Assembly: GCA_012295275.1 (NCBI GenBank)
Contig: CM022679.1
Span: 15,128,001-15,192,000, forward strand
Source of the DNA: Chrysomallon squamiferum
Lineage: Eukaryota > Animalia > Mollusca
Reading direction: 5' to 3'
DNA length: 64,000 nt
Within the stretch, counting starts at the first letter, position 1. Every line of letters begins with the position of its first letter. The translations under genes were made by a program, and so were the position numbers. The notes under the pieces were generated by a model. That model saw nothing but the letters and a program-made list of their open reading frames with translations. It was not told where the DNA came from and searched no databases. Below are positions 13,970-27,386 of the stretch, piece by piece.

Positions 13970-14899
13970 CTGAAAATAAAAATTTGTTATTAACAGTGAT
14001 TCATTATTATTTAAAATCCACTGTTAACTCATTCAAAAGATGACTAATTTATATCAGTATTCTGTACATTTAAAATTATTTTCAAAAAAATAAAAAAAAA
14101 AAAACGGTAACAGACACCCCACAAAAAAAACCATACCAAAAACTATAAAATAAACAATAAATTTTAGAACATTTGTTTAAAAAAAATAAAATTCTTTTGA
14201 ACACAGAATAGTGTTGCATTAAAGATGATACAGCTGAATTTTCCTCAAGAAGAAATTGTGCAGATTTCTGAAAATTTTTTACAGACACTAATGCCTCACA
14301 AAAACAGAAACAAAATGTCTTTGAAGTCAGCGTAACCACAAAAACCTCAGCAAATGATTTAAATAAAACCTACCATATAATCAAAGACTTAAAAAAAAAC
14401 CCACCAAAAAAACAAAAACAAGAAAAAGTAAAGAACGAACAACACAAATTTAAAAAAAAATGAAATAAACTGCAGGCTGTCTAACTCAAACTGTCTGGAA
14501 TGAACATACAATTAACAACAAAAAAAAAAAAAAAGTAAAAATATGAAGATGTAAAAATAAAAATAATTTTAAAACGAAATCTTTGATGATTCATGTTCTC
14601 TGATGTCAGATTCCTCATCTGACAGAAATCTGATATAGCCAGCTTGGAATTAATTTTATAAAAACGTATTTTTCTTTACGTTATTGATTGGACACTTAAA
14701 ATATCAAACAGAGAATCAGTGTTTTTACCACTCTGCTGCAATGATGAAGCGTGCTTTAATATTTCTGACCGCTTATCTCAAACACTCAGGAATGTGAAGA
14801 TGTCTGACAGAAAGATGTCTAATGTTGGTTTGTCCAATTTAGAGGTGTCTAATGTTTAATGTCTGATGTGCAGTGGTCTAGTGCACAGATTTTTAATGC

Positions 14900-15605
14900 A
14901 GAGATTTTTAATGTAGATATGTTTACCATGGAGATGTCTGAGTGGTCTAATGTAGAAATGTCTAATGTAAAGATGTTAAATGTTGAGATGTTTAATGCAG
15001 TGTTTGAAGTAGAAATCTCTAATGTATAGATGTTTAATGTAGAAATGTGTAATGTGGAGATGTTTAATGTAGAAATGTGTAATGTATAGATTTTTAATGA
15101 TGAAATGTGTAATATGGAGATGTTTACTGTAGAAATGTGTAATGTGGAGATGTTTAATGTAGAAATGTGTAATGTATAGATTTTTAATGTAGAAATGTGT
15201 AATGTGGAGATGTTTAATGAAGAAATGTGTAATGTAGAGATGTTTAATGTAGAAATGTGTAATGTGGAGATGTTTAATGTAAAATGTGTAATGTGGAGAT
15301 GTTTAATGTAGAAATGTGTAATGTGGAGATGTTTAATGTAGAAATGTGTAATGTGGAGATGCTTAATGTAGAAATGTGTAATGTGGAGATGTTTAATGAA
15401 GAAATGTGTAATGTAGAGATGTTTAATGTAGAAATGTGTACTGTGGAGATGTTTAATGTAGAAATGTGTAATGTGGAGATGTTTAATGTAGAAATGTGTA
15501 ATGTGGAGATGCTTAATGTAGAGATGTGTAATGTGGAGATGCTTAATGTAGAAATGTGTAATGTGGAGATGCTTAATGTAGAGATGTCTAATGCAAAAAT
15601 GTCTA
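14900..15605. repeat. Intronic minisatellite, 30-bp unit made of two 15-bp subunits (about 20 copies)
   Basis: aatgtagaaatgtgt-aatgtggagatgttt repeated; it is the source of the spurious MCNVEMFNVE ORF. Confidence 0.95.
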
Positions 15606-15946
15606 TAATGTTTAATGGATGTGTTTTATTATCACTGGATGTGTTTTATTATCCAGATATTCAAGCAACAGCCAGTCACACTTACCAACTGCTAATTCAT
15701 TTAACATTCACATTTTAGTCTTATTCACTTCAGACATATCCCAACATTTACACTGTCCAACTAATCTGTTCTTTTTAAACAGCTTATACTGAACTGCCCA
15801 TTCCAGACACTTTTAGAATCAGTTAGATTTACCTACCTACTTAGTTTTTCAGATACATTCACTTTGGACATACCTAAACAACTCAAATCTTACATTTACA
15901 TGGTGCAGACCATCTCAGTATCTCAGTGAGATGCTGTCACACTTAC

Positions 15947-16097
15947 CAGCTCTTGACATGCCTAAAGCCAGACATTTCTGCAGTCTACAGTACTGACAGC
16001 GATTTCTGGTCTGAATGTTGATTTCACAGTTTTTGTTGTAGAAACACTTTTTACGGGCTGGGTCTCCCACATTCTGCAAAGCTCGACGGAAAAAACC
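15947..16097 (-). CDS. NR1-type nuclear receptor, DBD second zinc-finger exon (not in ORF track)
   Basis: tttcgtttCAG|GGT ... GCT G|GTAAGT; 151 nt. Manual translation: [50 protein letters not shown]. Confidence 0.97.
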
Positions 16098-17535
16098 CTG
16101 AAACGAAAAACATTATTATATTAGAAATATTTGACATATTTAATTGTATGTGTAGCTTGCAGCATATAATACATTTCTTGTTTGTTAAGTAATAATAATA
16201 ATAAGAAGAAGAAGAAGAAGCATTGCAATAAAATTAATAATTAAAAAACCCATAAAAAACATAATATTAATAATAACAATAGTAATAATAACAACAACAA
16301 CAAACAGTAATGATTTATTTTAAAAACAGAAATTTAAAAGACAAACATGATTTACGTTATGTTGAAACGTGTTAGTAAAAATGTTGTAATTACTTGGCAT
16401 GATGATCAAGATGTTTTATTTGCCAGTGCCAAAAAAATTTTTCTTCCAGTAAATCCCATTTCATGACTCAGTATTGTTTTTACTGAGCTGTGTTTGTTTT
16501 AATGTCACTCCAGAGTGAAGTTCCTGCAGGTGGACTATTCTCTATCTGATTTTATCTTTTTTTATCTTTTTTAACAAGATATGATAGTATTTAATTACAT
16601 TCCAAAACTTTGTCTTATAAAACAAGAGTTTGACAATAACTCAACATACTTCAGTATTAAAGAATTCTGAGAAACAGACTTTCAGAAACTCTAATGTAAA
16701 AATGTTAGGAGATGGGATATAACAAAAAATAATGTTAACCTATCTCCTCCTAAGCCTCAATTGCTGAGTATAAATTGTAATAAAAAAAAATGATAATAAT
16801 AAAAAACTAATTAAAAAAACAAGTCAGCATCTCCACAGTTTACCATCATTAACTGGAATCGGTCAATTACAAGAGTTTTCATTTGTTGTAGAATTTCAAA
16901 AAACTCCGTCATTAATTTACTCATAGCCCCTAGCGACAGAGAAGCCCTATTTTTATCTCCGATTTAACTCGAAAAACCAATTATCCCAATACACGGTATG
17001 AAAAAAAAAAAGAGAGAGAGAGAAAAAAGGAACCACAACAACACAGCATATACACCAATTTCCCTGTCGATGTCCTGCAGGCATTGCAATGTTTTGGAAA
17101 TGACTATGGGAAGATGAATGGATGGAAAAGGCTCTGAGACACAAACTGCACACGTTTTTACTTAACGGGTCAAACGTAACTTCAGACCCACTTCCCTTAA
17201 TTGAATGTGCTGAACCAAGACAGGCTGGAAGCAAAGCACAGTTTTCTGATCAAAATTCCTTCATCTGTAGAGAAACATTAACAAATTGTTTTCATCCTAA
17301 TTAGATGTTTTGGGCAATTTTTTTTCTTGATGGCTGTATTTTTTTTAGTGGTTTTTTTTATTTTTTATGACCAACCTAATCATCATCATGTGTCTGCTGT
17401 GTCCCAGTTTGAAGACAGCAACTAATAACTGCTGTGACATTGTTTTGTGTGTTAATAGGTTAATCAAATGAGGAGTGTCATATGTTAACTGTCTCTTATA
17501 TAGATTACTTTAATATTATATCACACTAACATACA

Positions 17536-17574
<39 letters not shown>

Positions 17575-17650
17575 TATCTCTCTGTCTCTCTCACACACAC
17601 ACACAAACACACACTCACACACACACACACACAAACATGCAAACATCAAA

Positions 17651-17708
<58 letters not shown>

Positions 17709-18484
17709 CACACAGATACACTCATTTAATTTGTACTGGTCATGAACAGAATTCTATTTATTTTTTTGATAATCTATAAAAACAGATGTAAATATCTGCA
17801 TAATTTATTGTTACCAATACTGATTTTAAAAATCATGACACAAAATTCACTTCTGCTTTTTAAATATAAAGCATCTACAGCCTCACCCAAAGGGGTGGGG
17901 GTGCTATCATCCTGCTTAAGCATGGCTGTCACAGACCAGTATTGGAAAACAGCCCAAACAGAGACTTGTGAAAGACCTCAGGATACACAGAACTTCCTCT
18001 GTATCATTAAGCTGTTGATTTATTTTCATCAAGTTGTAAAGGTCACCCAGAACACACTTAGAAAAACATTTAATTATTATTAATTGTGAATGGTGCAGTA
18101 CATCGATTTTGTTGAACAGACTTGCACTGCAAATACTGAATGAATGAATTATTTCAACCAATAAAATCAGTAAACAAAATCAACAAGTAAAATCAATAAA
18201 TGAATGTTTACTTAGTGACTTCTCAACTCATTTCAAAAATTAAAATTTCAGTCCCGCCTTTAGCAGAATTCTATAAATAATAATTAATCGAGAGATCCAG
18301 TTTAGAGATATACATGTTTCTGCACTCAGTAAACTAAAAATAAATTCCACTTTTCAAAATGGGACTAAAGATCTACAAAATGGGGTGGAGTTTTGCCAGA
18401 GGTCAGAGTTAAAAAATATGTTAGAATTTTACTGTGTGACATGTGTTAACTATCTGAATTTGTAATCTTAAACACAAACAGTGA

Positions 18485-18780
18485 AAAAACAGGACCAAAG
18501 ATTTTTTTAGATTAGGTTTCTACATATCTGTGTTTAAATATAATAAATTTTACTGATGAAAATAAAGATAGATTATGAAAAAAAAAATAATAATAATACA
18601 GAACCAAAGATTTTAAAAATGAGGCCTTTATATAATCTTTGTTTAAAAGTTATTAATTGATGAAAATGAAAAATAGACTGTAAAAAAATAAGGACAAAAG
18701 ATTTTAAATATAAGATCTTCACAAACTTTTGTTTAAATCTTTTAATTAAATTAATTGATGAAAATGAAAAATAATGACAT
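18485..18780. repeat. Degenerate tandem repeat, about 100 bp x3
   Basis: (g)gaccaaagatttt...tgtttaaa...tgatgaaaat(g)aaaaatagac, three times. Confidence 0.75.
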
Positions 18781-20503
18781 CACAATTTCCATGTTTAATG
18801 TGTAACAAAATTGCAACAACTTAATTTTTAAAACTGTAATATTAATATTTGTTCAGGAATTACACTGAATTATAAATCTTTTTATTTATTTATTTTTATT
18901 TAAATTGTTCTCCTTTCTTTAAAAAAGACTTTACTTTTTTTAAAATTTAAATTTATTTATCTAGTTTTATTTATTTATATATTATTATTTGTATTTTAAT
19001 TTGCTTATTCTCATAACAGAAGAACTTAAAGATAAAATAATAAAAATAATATGCAATATTATACTTGTAGTTTGTTTCAAATGTGCTCTTATAAACAGTC
19101 TGTAGATTCTCGTTTTCCTTTCTTTGAATTTTATTTTTATACATTACAAGAATTACATTACAAAATTGACTTTTCCCCTAGTGATCTCTAGATTTATTAG
19201 TAGTTAAAATATTTTAAACACACACATATATAGTTATTGATAAAGGTGTCAGTATGTCTGTGTGTAAATGAATGAATAATACATTTTTATTTTATTTTAT
19301 TTTTTTATTTTTTTCATATTGCTTACTAGGTATATATAAATATACACACACACACACTCACACACACATAGGGTTATCATTCACTGGGTAATAAATGCAA
19401 TATTTACCTACATACAATAACCTAGAAAAACAAAGCAACATAAAGATAATTGTGTCTGTCACACTTTTCATTCACCCATACACCTGATCTGTTAACCCAC
19501 AGAATGATCACTTCTGTGTTTTTCATTCAGTACTGTGGGGAACACAAGTAAATACCCTGTGATGATAAAACAAAACACAACTTGAAAACTAAGTGAAGTG
19601 GTTAAGAAACCATTACTTTTGTATTAATGGTAGACATTACCAGTGTCAACATCAGTTGTTCTACATCCGTTACCATGGCGATATCTAGGTCATAGTTCTT
19701 TTTCTTTGATATATTTAGTCACTGATACTGCTTAAAGTGCTTTTTTTTTTCTATTTTTTTTTCTTTTTGGTTCACTGCTATACAGATACCTATCTTTTAA
19801 TGACATACATTTAATATATAATGAAAATATATAGTCACTTTATTAAGTGCATGTTTATGTAGGAAGAATAAGGAATGAAGGAATGAATCAATCAATTAAA
19901 CGAATAACTAAATTAACTGAATGAATTAATCAATTAATTAACTGAATGAATGATTCATTTAATTGATTATATATTTTGGTATTACCTGTTATTTACACAG
20001 TAAACGTGCTTAATTTATACTGATTATACAAAAGAGAAAAATCAGTTGTTTCTATTCTTAGTATATCAAATATTTAAGTTATTAATTGACAGAATATGTA
20101 ACAGTTAATATTTTTAACCGAAGGTTTAATCATTAATATTTGTGTTCTTCATTTCTCAATGTAAGAAAGAGGCTTGATTTAATATAATATCTTAGCACCT
20201 TCCTGTAAACAGCAAAACTTGTACAAGGTCTTTGATAAACCGATAACGGGTCACTTGTTAGAATGGGAAATTATCAAAAATGAATACAAAATGAAAATTT
20301 TACTGATGAAAATAAAAAACATTCTTCTAATTTCTTGAAAAGAAACCATGCAATATGTATAACAAGATTGTGTTATCTCAAAATAAAAAAAAAAAAAAAA
20401 AATAATAATAATAATAACAACAATATTTTAAAATTTAAAATTAAAAAAAACAAAAAAAAAAGGTAAGAACATGAATGAATAAATAAATAAATAAAAATAA
20501 AAA

Positions 20504-20534
<31 letters not shown>

Positions 20535-20822
20535 ATAAAATAAAATAATAATAATAATAATAATAATAACATCGATAAAACACATACACACATAAATTTT
20601 TCAAAGAGGAAGACACTTTAGCTAAGATGTAAGAGGAAACTTTTAAAAATACAGTAGTACGTCACATCCCAGCCATTTTAATGCAACTTCCAGTGAAGGG
20701 ATAAATCCCTTAATCAAAATAAACTGTCTGAAAGGGCAAGATTAATTACTTTGTCTGCCAGCTTATAAATAGATTAATCGGAGGACACACAAACATAGTC
20801 ACCAATAGCTTACTGGAAATTG

Positions 20823-20857
<35 letters not shown>

Positions 20858-23785
20858 AAAAAAATAATATAAAAGTGCTTTGGTCAAAATTGGCTGGGAA
20901 TGTTTAATGTTTTTGTTATTTCTGTAGACATAAACGATGAAGAAAATAAAAAAAAAAAAAAAACATTTCTGGATGGAAAAAGAATTTAAAGAAGGAAGAA
21001 GAAACAATAAAATCCAAGTAATTTGAGAAAAATTTTACAAAGTATAATCTTTTAATTCTTTTTTTAAAATTTTTTCAACAATTTGTATCAGCTCTTTTAT
21101 GTCAGAAAACACAAGGGATGAAACAAATTGTTAAAAAAAAAAAAATGTAAAGGTTATACTTTGTCAATTGCAAAAAAAAAAAAAAAAAAAAAATATTGTA
21201 AAGATCTGCTGAATAAATAAATGAAGATCTCTGAGGACTGAAAATAAAACAAAAAGACTAACAGACAGGCAGACACACTATCATACAAACAACAAATATA
21301 CATAAACATGTATCTATGTATGGACACACACTAAATATATATATACTGAATATATGTATGTATGGATTTGTGCAAACTTTATATAGCTTTCAGGGGCAGA
21401 AACTTTTACTTTGATAAATTACTTACATACTGCTCAGGGTTATTTCTGTTTTTGTTTCATTGCTAGTTTCTTAGTCATAACAGTCCATTCTGGTTTTCAT
21501 TTTTAAAAAAGCAACAGATAAATTGTTGACAAATTGTTGTTATTTAAGAAATATTCTGATCTGACGTATGGTCAACAATGAAAACAACACACATGAATCC
21601 ACTAGAGTTGATAAATAAAAACAGTCAAATTCATTCAGTTTCTGTATTATTTAGGACTGCAGGATAAAAGAAATAGCTGGTTATACAGTCATGTCAGTTA
21701 TGTCCTGCTTTAGACTGTTTCCAGAATAAAGCTTATATCTTAAGACATTTTTATATATATATATATTATATATATATATTGTCACATACTTTAAAATATA
21801 TCAGCACCGTTAATGTACATCTGTTCATCTATCTATGTATGTATTTACATATCTACTTACTAACTAACTCATTATTCACACCCACACATTCACTGTAAGA
21901 TATGCCTGTCTGTGTTGGTTGTATTTTCTAATGTGCAATGTCATTTTCTAATATTCACAATGACACCAGACAAAAATTCCCGAACGTCAAATTTGGTTTT
22001 GTGTACGACAAACATAGGTATTAACTATCAGAAACTGTGGGCACAGTTCCAAACAAACAACAACAAAAAATAATATTATATATATATATAGATATATATA
22101 TATAATAATACAAAATGTCTTGATAACATAAAAAAAAAAAAAAAAGCGTTACATGTATGTGTGATTGAAAAATAAAATTTACTTTATTAAAAACTTTTAA
22201 TAACAATAATATTATTTAAAAGAAAATGGTGTTGTTCAAAAAAGTGTGGTGTGTATGTGTGTGCATGTGACCCAAACAGATCAGATCAGAATTTAAACAT
22301 TTTTTTTTTTACAAAATTTCATTAATACAGTGAAGAATTTTTAATTTACATTCTTATCATTTGATTTTTAAATAATTATAATTTTTTTATTTATTTATTT
22401 TTATTATTTCAGTCCAAAAAGCTGAAATTTCTGCATCAGTGGTACATTTCTTAATGTTGTTAGAATTTTTTTTTTACCTCATAGTAAAAATTTCCTTTCA
22501 GACATGTAAGTCATCAACAATGTGAATATTAGATTATACTCCTCTGGAAAACCTCTCTTTCTCACTTTCATTCTTTAGTATTATTATATTTTATTTTTAT
22601 TCCTTTTTTTTAAGTTTCTATCTCCATTTTATAATTTTCATTCCAGCTGTCAAGGTTTATTTCTAAATTTAAATACATTCAAATCAGTTGATGTCAGATT
22701 TTTATTTACTTGGAGAAGATTTAAAATAAAATTAAAGAAAAACCAAAAAATCTTGGATTGATGAACAGATGACTGGATAAGGATGGATGGATGGAAGGAA
22801 GATTGGGTGGATTTTTAGAACTTGATTGTGACAGAAGTATGAAATTAAGATTGGATCAACAGATGGATCAATGGATTGAAGGATAAACAGATGACAAATA
22901 CAGAGATGGATGGATAAGGGGAAGATAATGAAATGGATGAATACATAGATGGAGGGATAGTTGGCCAGACCATTAGATGAATGAATCCATGAATGAATGA
23001 ATGAATGAATGAATGAATGAATGGATGGATGAGAAAATGGACAAAAAGAAGATGCTGATTGCTGTTAGGATGAATTTATTTGTGCCAGACAAACAGGACA
23101 GCCCCAGACAAGAAGACTGTAAAATAAATGGACTAATTAAAAAAATAATAAAGTTCTGCTCACCAAACGTTACAGAACATTCTACCTCTGTATAAAATTT
23201 GACAAATAGTGTCCTTCTGCTGACAATCACTACACAGCCACCAGACCATGATTAAACAGACTTAACACACATCTATAAATAATTCCCATCAAAAACAGTT
23301 AATGGGCCATTAAAAAAAAATAACCCCCAGCCATGTTTGAATGGTCTAATTTGGTATCAGCTGAAATTCACGTGTGTTTTTATGGCACCAGTTATTAAAG
23401 CTGACCATAAAAAAGCAGACGGCAGAGGAAAGCAAATATGATGTTCACAGACCTGACATCTTTGTGGTAATTGTGTTGTACTGCTGATGAGAGTCTGCTG
23501 GAACTCCCCAAACGCACATACATCACAGCGTCAACCACTGTGGTGAAATTGGAATTATTTTCTCGGGGATCAGAAGATCAATGCTGGTGAAAACTTCGGG
23601 TCCCCAGGGTGGGGATGAAGTTCTTTAGTACTACTGATTTTATCTTTATCATTTTTTTAATTATTATTGTGTGTTTTTTTATATATATAATCTTCTTTGT
23701 TATATATAATAATTATGTCAATGAGTTCACTGTCTGTTCTATTTATTTAATCTTCTCCCTATACATACAGACACATACACACATG

Positions 23786-23822
<37 letters not shown>

Positions 23823-24398
23823 TCCTAAACAAACCTTACAGTTGTAACATAATGTTTACAAGAGATTTTTATTTTAAGCAACATTCAGTTTCTAATTTGA
23901 TTTAAAAGTTAAGACCAACATCAAAATAATTTTAAAAATACAAAGTCTCAAAAACAAATCAATATTTCTAACAGAATTGATTACAACAACACCGTGATTT
24001 GCAATGACAAGAAATACACACACCTGTAAATTAACATTGATTTTACAGGTGTTAAACGCACAGTCATTGTCTATGGATAAAAGAAATCTATGTAGGTATA
24101 TTATTAGATAGAGAAAATAAATTATAACTGACACTGATATAATAATAAAGTTGTCATCATGCAAGAATTAAATATATGTGTGTGTGTGTGTGTGTGTGTG
24201 TCTGTGTGTGTGTGTGTGTTTATGTGTGTGTGTGTGTGTAAGTTCTTGATGTCTATGTGTGTAGATGTTTTTGCATACAAATGTGCATGTATATATTTGA
24301 GAGACACATTAAAAAGAAGAAGAAAAAACTTAATATATTGGCTAAATTATATTTTAAAGTATTTTTTAAGTATGAATGTGTGTGTATGTATGTATGTA

Positions 24399-24432
<34 letters not shown>

Positions 24433-25809
24433 CACTTTGTTTTTATTTATGAAAAATGAATGCATATATCTCTAACTGTAATTATGTAACATGTTTCTAC
24501 CAAAATAAATACGTAATTTCTTTATCTACATTACAATGTACCTTGTGTGCACTTAGAAGTATACCAACTGTGTAACAGACAAAAGCTGTTTTACACAAGA
24601 ATAACAGACACAGCTATTTAACCTTCCAGCATGCAAAAAAATATCTAATATAGAGTTGAAAGAAAAACACTGTAACAAAACTTCTTTATATGTAAATATT
24701 TATTAAATAATTTCATCAAAACATGATGAGTTTCTGGCAAAATGGATCGAGATGAAATGATGTTTTTCAAAAGTACCCAAAATATATGGACAAGGTGTTG
24801 TTATAAGTTACCTATCTGGCAGCTTGTTTCAGATTGCTAATGAGAATACCCGAAGATAAAGACTTTAACATACAGAAGATTGTGCTGCCATGTTTAGTAT
24901 TACAATACACACTGAAAGAACAAATGGAAAACCAGACTAGTTCACATTATACACAGGTACTTTATTTCAACAGATGGAAAATCTATTGGCTTGGAAAATC
25001 CTACTACTATGACAGCAACAGCAACAACAACTACTATTCCAATTACAGTTGTCATTACTACTACCACTACTACAGCAACAGTTACCTGTATTAACATACT
25101 AGTGTAACTTCAACAATAATAGTAAATACAAAAGTTTACTCCAGTTATAGGTGTAACTATTACTACAATTATTATAACTACTGCTAGTATTATACAAGAA
25201 TAGCCAATAGCATTGATTTACTAATAAATATTCTTCTAAGTAGTAAGAAACATCCAACAATAACTATTATGACTACAATTATACTGATTATACTAAACGG
25301 TACTAACATTAATAGTATTCTTACAAGTTGTATCACTTCAGTTATATTAATAAATTTAGGTATTATTGCAATAATTAATATATATAACTACTGCTCCAAT
25401 ATCAACAACAGCTCCAGCAGCAACAACAGTTGTAATGTTAGTGGTAATATTGATATTAAAAATATTCTTATAAATTGTATAACTTCAGTAACAACAATAA
25501 ATGTAGGTATTATTACAATAATTAATGCAACTACTTTTCCAGCTACAAGAAGTATTACTACAGCTACTACTGCAGCAACAACAGCTAAAAGTATTCTTTT
25601 AATGGTGTTCTTATTAATGGTACAGGTACCGAAAACATTTATCTGGCTGACAGAAAATCCAGAAAAACTGGCTATTTTTCATTTCCTGTATTGAGTAAAC
25701 AGACCTTGTTTCTGAAGTTGGTTAATTTGTATACTGTATGTTAACAGTTCAGTTCTCTGCAGTTATAAAGATGTTTTTTTTGTTGTTCTGGTTTTGTGAA
25801 AGCTGGATG

Positions 25810-26470
25810 AATAGACTAATACCTGAATAAAAGACTAATACCCTATGTTAACAGACTAATCCAGCTACAACTACTACCACTATGTCTAACAGACTAAAAA
25901 CCTCTGCATTTCTAATACAGATTTATCCAACTGCTACTTCTAACTAAGACTAATCCAGCTACTACTACTACTACTACTACTACTTCTAACAGACTTATCC
26001 AGCTACCACTACTATGTCTAACAGACTAATCCAGCTACCTCTGCCAGATTCTAACAGATTTATCCAACTACTACTTTACTAAGACTTATCCAGCTACCAC
26101 TACTACCTACTACTACTTCTAACAGACTTATCCAGCTACCACTACTACTACTACCTACTACTACTACTTCTAACAGACTTATATCAACTACCCTACTACT
26201 TTTAACAGAATCCAGAATCATCCAATAACTACTAAGTTTAACAAATGTATCCAACTACTATCACCAACAGATTTATTTGACTATTATTACATCTATTTCA
26301 AACAGACTTACACAGAAACAGCTACTACTCTGCTTTTCAAACTACATAGCTACTTGTCCTACAATATATGTGATATTATACAATTATTTCAAACAGACTA
26401 CTATTTTCATAACTTGTCCTACAATATATACTGTTACTACTATTTTCTAACACAACTACTTCAACCACTG
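25810..26470. repeat. Minisatellite with core TAACAGACT(T/A)ATCCAGCTAC and variable (ACT)n spacers
   Basis: More than 10 copies of the core separated by CTA-triplet runs of variable length, degenerating towards both ends. Confidence 0.88.
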
Positions 26471-26819
26471 CTACAGCAACAGCAAGATACACCGAGAAAA
26501 AAGGAATATATTGTTTGGAAGAATAAAATAAAATTGCTTCCAAAAATTTAAATACTTCTACTTGGTTACAATAATTCTGTTTAATTTAATTCACCAAAAA
26601 AACACAAAGAAACAAGTTGTATTTATCAATAACCACTGCCTAAATACATGAACTAATCAGCAAAATAATAATTGCTTTAACAAATGGGAAATAAAACAAA
26701 AGGCTGGCTTCATAAAACAACATCCAATCAAATGCTAGCTTACATAAATGTTTTAAAAGATCAATATAACAACTAATCAGATTGGCTGATTTAAATGAAA
26801 TGCCTCTTTATTCATGAGC

Positions 26820-26852
<33 letters not shown>

Positions 26853-27199
26853 AATGGAATGAAAATCGCCAGACTAATATTACTAAAGAAAGCTATGGAA
26901 GGTTTTTATTCCAAAAATAATAAAGACAACAAAGTTCTCTTTGAATCCATATACATGCTTCTTTGTTTATAGAATTAAAAATATTTTGAAACATTTCACA
27001 GGTTTCTGTATTATCTTTGTAATTATAGATCTTTTATGTCTATAAATACATCAAACAAAACAACAAAAAAAAGATAGAAAAAGAAAAAATATCTAATTTT
27101 TTTTTTAGGAATGGTGTTTTAAAAAATAAAATATGAAGAAGACATTTATTTTTTACTTTGTATTATAAACACAAATAATAATAAATCAATAAAGAATAT

Positions 27200-27231
<32 letters not shown>

Positions 27232-27284
27232 GAAAAGATAGTGGCAGGGTAACAAAGAAATAAAGTGTGGTGTGAGACCCTTAC

Positions 27285-27386
27285 CTTGCAGCCTTCACAT
27301 GCTAGGACTCCATAATGAACTCCAGAAGACTTGTCACTACAGACGAGACATTTCAGAGTGGCCTTGGGCTGGCTTCGGAGTTCTTG
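27285..27386 (-). CDS. NR1-type nuclear receptor, DBD first zinc-finger exon (P-box CEGCKG)
   Basis: Encodes [34 protein letters not shown], then donor AAG|GTAAGG (phase 0). Tandem acceptors ttgCAG|CAAG| allow a start at 27386 (phase 0) or 27382 (phase 1). Confidence 0.96.

Noticed and set aside
15284-15718. 144-aa ORF of MCNVEMFNVE repeats
   Set aside because: It is the translation of a 30-bp minisatellite inside an intron on the opposite strand, and a 1-nt deletion near 15281 breaks the period.
25269-25694. 141-aa Ile/Asn/Thr-rich ORF
   Set aside because: Low-complexity triplet-derived sequence with an internal local duplication, no splice context and no domain features.
25810-26470. CRISPR-like look: conserved core with variable spacers
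   Set aside because: Spacers are (ACT)n microsatellite rather than unique sequence, cores are degenerate, there are no cas genes and the context is a eukaryotic intron.
8513-27386. Assigning the symbol E75/NR1D, E78 or HR3/ROR
   Set aside because: Diagnostic motifs are mixed, so orthology needs a phylogeny; the gene symbol is left blank.
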